DNA from: the human T2T-CHM13v2.0 reference genome, Homo sapiens
DNA length: 64,000 bases
NCBI RefSeq assembly: GCF_009914755.1
Contig: NC_060939.1
Strand: one strand, 5' to 3'
Under the pieces are notes generated by a model, which was not told the origin of the DNA, made no database searches, and saw nothing but the letters and a program-made list of their open reading frames with translations. A program made the position numbers and the translations under genes. The number at the start of each line of letters is the position of its first letter. Positions within the stretch are counted from its first letter, which is position 1. Shown piece by piece: positions 1 through 9,823 of the stretch.

Positions 1-14
1 AACTAGGCCAGTGG

Positions 15-130
15 CCCCCGATAAGTTGCTTAAGTTTTTGATGCCTAGATCCCTGTAAAATTAGATAATATCATGGCTGACCTGTCACATGTTGATGGTG
101 AGAATCAGGTGTAGCCCTATTTGTATAGAT
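15..130. mobile_element. MIR fragment
   Basis: Degenerate core 'aagttgcttaag...ctgtaaaattagataata...gtgagaatca'. Confidence 0.5.
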
Positions 131-237
131 AATGGTAATACCAGTGAGAGCGCTCCAAAGGGCATAACACGCTGCCAAAGCTAACACACTGCAGGATAAT
201 TATGGTTATCTTACCAAAATTATACCTTTGGTTTCAG

Positions 238-357
238 ATGGGAAGCTGTATTCTGCCACAGTGGCTGACTTCTTGGCCAGCGATGCCGTTATTTATCGAA
301 GCATGGGTGATGGATCTGCCCTTCGCACAATAAAATATGATTCCAAATGGATAAAAG
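238..357 (+). CDS. SEMA6D: SEMA6D internal coding exon (120 nt, Sema domain; [40 protein letters not shown])
   Basis: Acceptor tttcag|AT, donor AAG|gtacct; translation is class-6 semaphorin Sema domain; phase 1-1 matches the next exon. Upstream exons lie outside the window. Confidence 0.96.
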
Positions 358-1053
358 GTACCTTTGAAGAGCAGTGTCGTGGGGTCACCAGGATAGTGGA
401 TGGCCCAAGTGGGGACAGCAGCCACGGCCATCAAGAGGTTCAGCGCATGACTTTATATTGTTTATTTAGAACAAGTACACACTGCTTTGATTGTGAACAG
501 GAGCATTGACAGGGAATGAGGAGGCTGGTAGCCATGTCAGAAGAGTAAGTTCATCCAGGTGTTTATCCTAGGTGACCTCAAAAAAAAAAGGGGAGATTTC
601 ATCTCTGTGTGTGCCAATTTGTCTAACTTTCTAAATGCACATAATACTACTTGCCATCTACCCATCTTGGAAAGTTACCAGAGAGAATCGATTAGTCCGT
701 ATGAGAGCCATTTTGTTCTTCAGAGTCTAGAAATCAAGATTTTTTATTTTCAGTGTAAGAGGTTTTCTTCCCTAGTTAAATAGGTTAATGAATAAATCTG
801 TTGAAACAAAGACCTTTGCTGTAGTTCAGTTCCCTGTAGGTCTTTTTACAGTCCATTAGCTGACTTTAGAGATGACTGGTTCCCTGAAGCTTGAACACAC
901 CCATATTGGGACTCCTCAAAGTCATTGGCAGATTGGAGTTCTTGTTGGCTTGAATGTAATTGTGCAACATCTGTCAGTCATGCTTTGCAGTCGGGGTCTT
1001 ATGCTAATTGAATTATCCTTTAGGAACCAGTTTGTTTTTAATTTTTCTTTCAG

Positions 1054-1142
1054 AGCCACACTTTCTTCATGCCATAGAATATGGAAACTATGTCTATTTC
1101 TTCTTTCGAGAAATCGCTGTCGAACATAATAATTTAGGCAAG
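1054..1142 (+). CDS. SEMA6D: SEMA6D coding exon (89 nt; EPHFLHAIEYGNYVYFFFREIAVEHNNLGK), followed by a GC donor
   Basis: Acceptor tttttctttcag|AG; conserved semaphorin motif YVYFFFRE; the frame joins the next exon ([11 protein letters not shown]) only with donor AAG|gcaagt. Confidence 0.95.
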
Positions 1143-1887
1143 GCAAGTATATGCATTTGGCTTGAATTGTGGACTTGTACTGCATGAAATTGAGACCACT
1201 GTGATAGAGTTAAGGATGCTCACTTGGCATGTTTTCCAGCTCTCAATTCAGTATACATAGGGCCAACTGCAGAGAGGTGGGTTGCTTATCATGAGAATAA
1301 TTGCTGGAAAACATCTGAACAATAACCTGAGTGGGAACAGCAGCCTTGAGTTTTGAGAAGGTATCGTTTTTTTTCCTGCAGCCACAGAGAGTGTTCTACA
1401 GGTACCCTTGAGCTACGGATGCTTTTTTTACTCTTTAGAAAACCACTGATAGTCTATTCTTTCTCAGCGTCAAAAGACAGGATAGAAAGTAGCGACCCCA
1501 TTCAATTTTTAGTGTTTCAGTGAAAGCCCATGTGATTTTAAAGTATTGCAACCCCTTCTATGCCAAGTTGAAAGATGACATGTTTCATTAACAATACAGG
1601 AAGCAAAGTTGGAGACCAAGTGCAGGGATGGTTTTCATTCAGCAAGGCAGATAGACAGCTCACTTCTTGGGAAGGATGCTTAGCAAAATAGGAAAGTGGC
1701 TCTTTTTTCCCCACAGGTGAATCTAGTTTACCTTCTTACTGAACAGATCCCTAGAGAGAAGACTGCTAGATTTTTTTGAACCAGATGTATCTTTAGTATT
1801 TTTTGTCCCTCCCTTAAACAGTATCATTTTGTTTCCATTCCTTTCCATGCTCATAACCCCATTGCTTTGCTTCTATCCGTTGGGCAG

Positions 1888-2105
1888 GCTGTGTATTCCC
1901 GCGTGGCCCGCATATGTAAAAACGACATGGGTGGTTCCCAGCGGGTCCTGGAGAAACACTGGACTTCATTTCTAAAGGCTCGGCTGAACTGTTCTGTCCC
2001 TGGAGATTCGTTTTTCTACTTTGATGTTCTGCAGTCTATTACAGACATAATACAAATCAATGGCATCCCCACTGTGGTCGGGGTGTTTACCACGCAGCTC
2101 AATAG
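1888..2105 (+). CDS. SEMA6D: SEMA6D coding exon (218 nt; [16 protein letters not shown]...[15 protein letters not shown]...VFTTQLN)
   Basis: ggcag|GCT acceptor, AG|gtgaga donor; hallmark Sema motifs [13 protein letters not shown] and FLKARLNCS. Confidence 0.97.
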
Positions 2106-2211
2106 GTGAGAGCAGAACCCCGGCACTGCAAAGATATTCTCTGCATGCCTGTCAGAACCAAGACAGGCTTCATGTCGCCAGCCTCTTCCTGATGATTTTC
2201 TTCCTTTTCAG

Positions 2212-2343
2212 CATCCCTGGTTCTGCTGTCTGTGCATTTAGCATGGATGACATTGAAAAAGTATTCAAAGGACGGTTTAAGGAACAGAAAACTCCAGATT
2301 CTGTTTGGACAGCAGTTCCCGAAGACAAAGTGCCAAAGCCAAG
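2212..2343 (+). CDS. SEMA6D: SEMA6D coding exon (132 nt; [43 protein letters not shown])
   Basis: ttccttttcag|C acceptor, AAG|gtaaat donor; SAVC motif; phase 2-2. Confidence 0.97.
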
Positions 2344-2675
2344 GTAAATAAAAAAGTAGAAAAGGGTTTTGTCTTGAACAAAACCTTCCGGTCATTGGAA
2401 GCATCCCTCCTCAGGGAGCAGCTTGGCCAACCTCCCACACCAGGAAGGGGTCCCTCTCTCAGACAGAGCCAGCAGACATAGCCTTGTGACCTGCAAGCCC
2501 ATGAGTGTGAATGGAGAACCCATTGAATTCAGGGGCATAGCATTGCTCCTTTAGTTTCACTCACTCTCCTTCCTCACTTGACCTCTTCTCTGAGAATATA
2601 CACTTATTCCTTAGATACAGTACATGGTGTGGCAGGGGCAGCCGAGAGCATAAAATAACGCTGTTTTCCTTTCAG

Positions 2676-2831
2676 GCCTGGCTGTTGTGCAAAACACGGC
2701 CTTGCCGAAGCTTATAAAACCTCCATCGATTTCCCGGATGAAACTCTGTCATTCATCAAATCTCATCCCCTGATGGACTCTGCCGTTCCACCCATTGCCG
2801 ATGAGCCCTGGTTCACAAAGACTCGGGTCAG
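2676..2831 (+). CDS. SEMA6D: SEMA6D coding exon (156 nt; PGCCAKHGLAEAYKTSIDFPDETLSFIKSHPLMDSAVPPIADEPWFTKTRV)
   Basis: tttcctttcag|G acceptor, CAG|gtgaga donor; Sema motifs RPGCC and HPLMD; phase 2-2. Confidence 0.97.
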
Positions 2832-2920
2832 GTGAGATTGTGTGTGAAACACTCCTTCCTATTCAACGTTTTCTCTGCCCGTTGGCCTCCCCTTCTGATC
2901 TGTGCCGCCTCCTCTTGTAG

Positions 2921-3094
2921 GTACAGACTGACGGCCATCTCAGTGGACCATTCAGCCGGACCCTACCAGAACTACACAGTCATCTTTGTTGGCTCTGAAG
3001 CTGGCATGGTACTTAAAGTTCTGGCAAAGACCAGTCCTTTCTCTTTGAACGACAGCGTATTACTGGAAGAGATTGAAGCCTACAACCATGCAAA
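2921..3094 (+). CDS. SEMA6D: SEMA6D coding exon (174 nt; YRLTAISVDHSAGPYQNYTVIFVGSEAG...EEIEAYNHAK)
   Basis: cctcttgtag|G acceptor after an 89-nt intron, AA|gtaggt donor; phase 2-2. Confidence 0.96.
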
Positions 3095-3906
3095 GTAGGT
3101 ATATGTTACGAGAACGCCCTTCAGCACTGCTCAAAAATTTTCGGCATGTATTTCATCTAGTCATGTCCTTTTGGTCCTCTAAATTAGCAGTGGTTTGGCA
3201 TAATAGTGTTTTGTGTTTTTTTTCTCATTGAAATAAATCTTGGGTTTGTTTTTTTCCCGAGCCTGCTAGGGCGAGGGGGGTGAATGGTTGATGAGTTTAA
3301 AAATAATGCAGCCCTTGTTTTTCACCTGTAGAATATGAGAACATTTTAACAGCACCTCTCTTATCTTGCAGATATATTCCAAGATGCTACATGCAGCAGA
3401 CAGCTGTGAGCTTGCATACACACACACACAAATATACATGCACATACATACACAGAATGCAGTACTAGTTAAGTATTTCCTTCCTATCTTTAATAAGTAA
3501 GAGAATATTTAGACCATTAAAAAAAAAAACAAATAAGAAATAGAAGAGAGAAATGGAGCCAAGGGGACTAAGGAGAGAACCAGAACCATCTAACACAGGA
3601 AAATTTATATGCATTAAAGCACGATCCTTTTTATTTCTATAGTCAAATGTGGCCTTCGCAAATGCAATTCACTTCTATCATCATAACAGGAAAGCAATGT
3701 TTAAAAACCCTTTGTCCAGCCTGAAATTTAACCAACCATGCAGAGAAGTAGAAGATGAATCACATAATTATTATTTCCCAAGCTATGTACTTGCCTGGTT
3801 TGTTACCAAGAATATTCCTTATGATTTCCCAGGTCTCAGTAATTGCTAAAGCAAACCACACTTGACTGACTAAACATATGGCTTCAAAATGTATCCCACA
3901 AAATAG

Positions 3907-4047
3907 GTGCAGTGCTGAGAATGAGGAAGACAAAAAGGTCATCTCATTACAGTTGGATAAAGATCACCACGCTTTATATGTGGCGTTCTCTAGCTGCATT
4001 ATCCGCATCCCCCTCAGTCGCTGTGAGCGTTATGGATCATGTAAAAA
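3907..4047 (+). CDS. SEMA6D: SEMA6D coding exon (141 nt; CSAENEEDKKVISLQLDKDHHALYVAFSSCIIRIPLSRCERYGSCK), end of Sema domain and start of PSI domain
   Basis: aaatag|G acceptor with a weak pyrimidine tract, AA|gtaagc donor; LYVAF..C..RC motif; phase 2-2. Confidence 0.95.
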
Positions 4048-4142
4048 GTAAGCTCGTGTTTCTTTACTTACCCTGGGTCTTGCAGTATCGAAACCTTTGT
4101 TGATGAGAAAATCCAAGTTACATTCTGTTTGGTTTTACACAG

Positions 4143-4220
4143 GTCTTGTATTGCATCTCGTGACCCGTATTGTGGCTGGTTAAGCCAGGGATCCTGTGGT
4201 AGAGTGACCCCAGGGATGCT
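4143..4220 (+). CDS. SEMA6D: SEMA6D coding exon (78 nt; SCIASRDPYCGWLSQGSCGRVTPGM), PSI domain
   Basis: ttttacacag|G acceptor, CT|gtaagt donor; PSI hallmark RDPYCGW. Confidence 0.97.
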
Positions 4221-4653
4221 GTAAGTATACTTTGTCACATGAGCTAGGATGAACTATCCTCTCCAGGGTCTCTAAAGCTAGAAATTGCAGAAAACTTCCA
4301 ATTATACTACTTTTCTTTTTTTTTGTTGTTATGGGAGAAACAGGAAAACGAAAACCAGGAGACGTGACAAGGAAGGGAATAATAATACTTAAGGGAAATG
4401 GTAGACCTAATAATACTTAAGGGAAATGGATGGAGAGAAAAAACCAATTCTCTTCTGTTCTCTTAAGCATTCTAGTTCACCAGTTTTTAACAGAAATAGT
4501 CATTTTAGCAAGTTATGTTAAAATGTTGTTTTTTTTTTTTCTCTCTCTGCCCATTCTTACTAATCAGTCTGTGTTCTTGGTTCTGCTCTGGTTGTCACTT
4601 GTGTTCCTATGAAGGCTGTTAACCGAAGACTTCTTTGCTTTCCATAACCACAG

Positions 4654-4715
4654 TGCTGAAGGATATGAACAAGACACAGAATTCGGCAACACAGCTCATC
4701 TAGGGGACTGCCATG
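4654..4715 (+). CDS. SEMA6D: SEMA6D coding exon (62 nt; AEGYEQDTEFGNTAHLGDCH); an alternative upstream acceptor at 4615 extends it by 39 nt
   Basis: ccacag|T acceptor; in-frame alternative atgaag|G at 4615 adds LLTEDFFAFHNHS; donor ATG|gtaaga. Confidence 0.92.
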
Positions 4716-5074
4716 GTAAGACAGAATCTTCCATTCCCACCTGGAGCTTCTTTTTGACCACATTTGCACGTCGACATTATTTTACAATCAGTCTTTTTAA
4801 TGACTCAGGACACATACCACCTAGCATTTAACTTAAACTTCGCAAAAGCTGAGCTGTTCGGTCATGGGGATACATTAGAAAAGAGGCTTACTTTTTTTTT
4901 CCTTCACCATTTACAATTTTGTAGGAAATCTAGAGAGAGGTAGTCTAACCAGTAGGTTAATATTTTTAATTTATAGTCTTTTTTTTTTTTACTTTTTTAG
5001 TTAATTGGAATTCATAAATTTTTGCTTTCTTTTGGTTACTTTTCACTGATTACTTGTTCCTTTAATTCTTTTAG

Positions 5075-5131
5075 AAATTTTGCCTACTTCAACTACACCA
5101 GATTACAAAATATTTGGCGGTCCAACATCTG
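5075..5131 (+). CDS. SEMA6D: SEMA6D 57-nt symmetric cassette exon (EILPTSTTPDYKIFGGPTS), juxtamembrane stalk
   Basis: ttcttttag|AA acceptor with a long U tract, TG|gttagt donor; phase 1-1, open in frame. Confidence 0.88.
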
Positions 5132-6618
5132 GTTAGTTTTTTTTAATTTTTTTGAATTAACAACCTTTTCTTTCCTTCAGTTCAGCATTTTCAGCCCCTT
5201 CTCCCCTCCTTTTGCGCAGTTTGGCAGCCCTTCATTTTTCCGCTTTGACTCATATTCCCACTGATGGTACCAAAAGACTTTTCTTACTGAGCACTTCACC
5301 CTTGTTTATAGCATGTTAACACTTCATCATTGACCAAGCCACATCCTTTAAGAAAATTCAAATGGGCTAACATAGACTGCATTCCAGCTGCACGCACGCC
5401 CACCCAAGCTTTCTTCTTTCTCACCTCTTTGCATTGTGAATGTTTCTTCTGGTCATCTGTATTTAATGGATGGCGGAATTTCATTATTTTCCCCATCTCT
5501 CCTCACCTTTCCTATGACCTAGTAAACAAATACACATTTCCCATAAATGTGTATTTATAAGTTTTAGAGATCTTTGAATGGTTTGCGCTAATCCTGGGAA
5601 TCTTTGAATGTTGTGGTCTCAGTGGTGTGAAAAAGGCTTCAGTGGAGTGAAGCTGATTTTTGATGTATTAAGATGTTCAATGGGCTCTCCAAGCCTCTCT
5701 GTACCTGTTTGGAGCCTCCTTCTGTTAACTGTTGCACCAGTCAGAATTGTGGTCTCTGAGGTTTTAGCTTAAAAGCGTAGGCTTACATTTTGAGGGAAAA
5801 TCTATTTGGAGGAAATCAGTACTAGACATGCTAAAAGGTTAAGTTAACTCCCGGTCCTATTGCTGCTTCTAAAACTCACCAGCAATTCCTTTCCTCAGGG
5901 GGAGAAAAAGATGGTAGATCTTATGTATCAGAATATCCTCATTCAGTTTGTAAATGCCATTGCCTTTGCATTAGGTTCTGCTTGGAAGAAACTCCCCAGC
6001 AGTTTTGGAGAGAGTACAAGCAAAGTCTGTCCCCTCCTTCGTTGTTTTACTGTGGGTGGCAGAGCCTTAGTATAGTGAATAATCTACAAATGGACAGGAG
6101 CCCCTGGTAACAACCTCTTAGGCAGAGCTGGTTTGTCACGTCCAAAATCAAGTATTTTCATAGACTTAACCAGATATTTTCCAACAAAGTTCCATCATAG
6201 CTTCTTCCCCAGTAAAGCCTATAGATTTTCTAACCATCTGTGAAAGTGCTTTTAAAAATGCATAAAAAAGAAATGAAATGATGTCTCACAAGAGAAGGAA
6301 GAAACAGCAACTAATCTGCCCTGGGAATTATATTACCTTTTTCATGAGTGTCATTAGTAACCACAGGGGCTTTCCTAAGAGCCTTTCGAGTATCTTTAAT
6401 TTTGAAATCTGCTGAATATGTCTTTACTGTTAATTTTTAGTTTTCATTCTTCCCTTGAAAGGAAGGAATTTGATGTAGCTTCCTCAGGCGTGTTTTTACA
6501 AAATCCTAGAGCAAACTTTCTCATAAAATTTACTCAAACTTTATTTAAAAATGCAACAGACCAATCAAAAAAAATCTTGACACTATCCATATTAATAAAA
6601 ATCTGTTTGCCACCACAG

Positions 6619-6786
6619 ACATGGAGGTATCTTCATCTTCTGTTACCACAATGGCAAGTATCCCAGAAATCACACCTAAAGTGATTGATACCTGGAGACC
6701 TAAACTGACAAGCTCTCGGAAATTTGTAGTTCAAGATGATCCAAACACTTCTGATTTTACTGATCCTTTATCGGGTATCCCAAAGG
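6619..6786 (+). CDS. SEMA6D: SEMA6D 168-nt symmetric cassette exon (DMEVSSSSVTTMASIPEITPK...DPLSGIPK), Ser/Thr-rich stalk
   Basis: ccaccacag|AC acceptor, AGG|gtaagg donor; phase 1-1; corresponds to ORF-track 6621..6839. Confidence 0.9.
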
Positions 6787-8534
6787 GTAAGGCCTCAGCA
6801 GGGACCTCATCTCTAACTGCGTGGAAACCTGATCCTTAATGTCACTGAGGAGTATGTGGTTCTCCAGAGGTGGGCCTCACAGGAGCTTCTGCGGTTGTAC
6901 CTCCACCGCCCCTTGCCACAGTCTCTCTGGCTTTCTGTGGTTATATCTGAGTGCATTCCTTAAAAGATAAAAGAGGTGGAAAGCTGTTGGAGAAAAGGCT
7001 GGTGAAGCAGCCACTCAGACAATCTAATCTGTGTTGATTTCTGTCTGAAGAAGCAGAGAGCCTGCTGGATTTCAGGGAATTTCGAGGGTCACCGCAGCAA
7101 CATCAAAAAACAAAACTCATTAATTGCAAATATCCTGATATCAGATGTTTTGTCTAGGAGCCTTTCCCAGACTCTTGTTTAGCTTCAATTCAAAATGCAA
7201 TCTGAAAAGGATATGTGAGATGCTAAGTTGCTTGAATGCCACAAGCAATAAAACATAACAGAGTGCTCGTCCATAACTATCATTTTCAGCCCGTAATAGG
7301 AGCAGTTATAAAATAGCTGCCTGTTGAGTTAGCTTATTAAATATATTACTCTAGGAAAAAAAAATCTATTCTTTAGTACTTACTAAACTATGGTATCAGG
7401 TTTCCAATCAGTTTTTATGGCAGCACATTGTCATTTATGATTTATATCGGTTGATTTTCATTTTATATGTTTTCGTTGTAACCAATTTTATAATCATTCT
7501 TCTTTCTGCTTTGCTTTCTTTAGTAACACCATTTTTTTCTACTTTTCTTTCTCGGTCTTTCACAGTGCCACTGAATTCCATAACATTAATTAAACATTAA
7601 TTAAAAACAACTAATGTTCAAAGGCCTTAGTACTAACTTAAAGCAACAGAATCTTCAAAATCACTCTGACTTACCTTACTCTGGGATAGCTGTGTTTATA
7701 GCATGTAACAGACTTGAATACCTCTTAAACTAACTTTTTTTTATTAATTGTTAGATGTCTGTGGTTGCATTAAAAGGTTAAGTTTAATTTCAGTAATTAT
7801 AAACTAATTTGCTCTTCTTTTTCTAGGTCTAATTTAAATATTTTCAAATATCTTCAGATAATTTGACAGTTTACTTAACTAATACATAGTATGTTTCCTT
7901 AGACTGTCTGGGTTTCTTACATAGTCGGTCATTCAAGAGTGCTTCACCCCAAGATGGAATGAAAAAAAAAATCCAAGCAAACATGAAAGTCTCTATTTAT
8001 AGCTAACAGTGATCAAGCAGATATTTTTGGTTTGTGAACAAATTATATGTTCATATTAAAGTTAGTATAATTGTATCAGAGTAATTATTTTAGCATATGT
8101 TTATGCTAATTATTACATTTTCCTATATCCTAGTAGCTACCTTTTAATCCTGAATTAAGAGAAAATTATGAGACAAAACATATGAGTTTAAAGTTAGCTA
8201 TTTAGAAAATATACACTTCTAACTATTTTTTAGATAGAAACTCTTACATTTTTAACATGTAACAACTATTTATGAGGGATTGGAGGAAAAGAACAGAAGA
8301 ATACAGATCAGTGGGAGATTAGAGTTATCCTGGCATTTGCAGCAATCCTGTATGTCTCTGGGGATCCTAGTTTGATTAAAGACAAAATATACAAGGAATT
8401 TTGGAGTCTACTTGACCCTCCGAGCTAAGCATATGAACCATATGAAGGTCGTGTTGGCTCACTGAAAGCCATTTGCTATTTATTATTATTTTTAAAAAGC
8501 ACCTTATTCACATTGTCCCATGTGTCTATTTCAG

Positions 8535-9823
8535 GTGTACGATGGGAAGTCCAGTCTGGAGAGTCCAACCAGATGGTCCACATGAATGTCCTCATCACCT
8601 GTGTCTTTGCTGCTTTTGTTTTGGGGGCATTCATTGCAGGTGTGGCAGTATACTGCTATCGAGACATGTTTGTTCGGAAAAACAGAAAGATCCATAAAGA
8701 TGCAGAGTCCGCCCAGTCATGCACAGACTCCAGTGGAAGTTTTGCCAAACTGAATGGTCTCTTTGACAGCCCTGTCAAGGAATACCAACAGAATATTGAT
8801 TCTCCTAAACTGTATAGTAACCTGCTAACCAGTCGGAAAGAGCTACCACCCAATGGAGATACTAAATCCATGGTAATGGACCATCGAGGGCAACCTCCAG
8901 AGTTGGCTGCTCTTCCTACTCCTGAGTCTACACCCGTGCTTCACCAGAAGACCCTGCAGGCCATGAAGAGCCACTCAGAAAAGGCCCATGGCCATGGAGC
9001 TTCAAGGAAAGAAACCCCTCAGTTTTTTCCGTCTAGTCCGCCACCTCATTCCCCATTAAGTCATGGGCATATCCCCAGTGCCATTGTTCTTCCAAATGCT
9101 ACCCATGACTACAACACGTCTTTCTCAAACTCCAATGCTCACAAAGCTGAAAAGAAGCTTCAAAACATTGATCACCCTCTCACAAAGTCATCCAGTAAGA
9201 GAGATCACCGGCGTTCTGTTGATTCCAGAAATACCCTCAATGATCTCCTGAAGCATCTGAATGACCCAAATAGTAACCCCAAAGCCATCATGGGAGACAT
9301 CCAGATGGCACACCAGAACTTAATGCTGGATCCCATGGGATCGATGTCTGAGGTCCCACCTAAAGTCCCTAACCGGGAGGCATCGCTATACTCCCCTCCT
9401 TCAACTCTCCCCAGAAATAGCCCAACCAAGCGAGTGGATGTCCCCACCACTCCTGGAGTCCCAATGACTTCTCTGGAAAGACAAAGAGGTTATCACAAAA
9501 ATTCCTCCCAGAGGCACTCTATATCTGCTATGCCTAAAAACTTAAACTCACCAAATGGTGTTTTGTTATCCAGACAGCCTAGTATGAACCGTGGAGGATA
9601 TATGCCCACCCCCACTGGGGCGAAGGTGGACTATATTCAGGGAACACCAGTGAGTGTTCATCTGCAGCCTTCCCTCTCCAGACAGAGCAGCTACACCAGT
9701 AATGGCACTCTTCCTAGGACGGGACTAAAGAGGACGCCGTCCTTAAAACCTGACGTGCCACCAAAGCCTTCCTTTGTTCCTCAAACCCCATCTGTCAGAC
9801 CACTGAACAAATACACATACTAG
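8535..9823 (+). CDS. SEMA6D: SEMA6D terminal coding exon: transmembrane helix (~8588-8659, VLITCVFAAFVLGAFIAGVAVYCY) and Pro/Ser-rich cytoplasmic tail ending LNKYTY*
   Basis: tctatttcag|GT acceptor; 436-aa ORF 8513..9823; class-6 semaphorin C-terminal motif LKRTPSLKPDVPPKPSF; stop TAG 9821-9823. Confidence 0.98.

Noticed and set aside
228-240. ATG at 238 or ORF start at 228 as a translation start
   Set aside because: ATG 238 is out of the Sema frame and the exon is internal; the gene's 5' end lies upstream of the window.
3519-3540. A-run as the end of the short isoform
   Set aside because: It is genomically encoded and would cause oligo-dT internal priming; it is not evidence of polyadenylation.
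5161-5270. Acceptor-like ttttctttccttcag at 5180 as an extra exon
   Set aside because: Only 49 nt from the preceding donor, reaches a stop at ~5246, and has a weak downstream donor; better explained as a regulatory pyrimidine tract.
8513-8534. ORF-track start MSHVSIS of the 436-aa ORF
   Set aside because: Intronic sequence upstream of the acceptor at 8535, starting on a non-ATG codon; not an independent gene.
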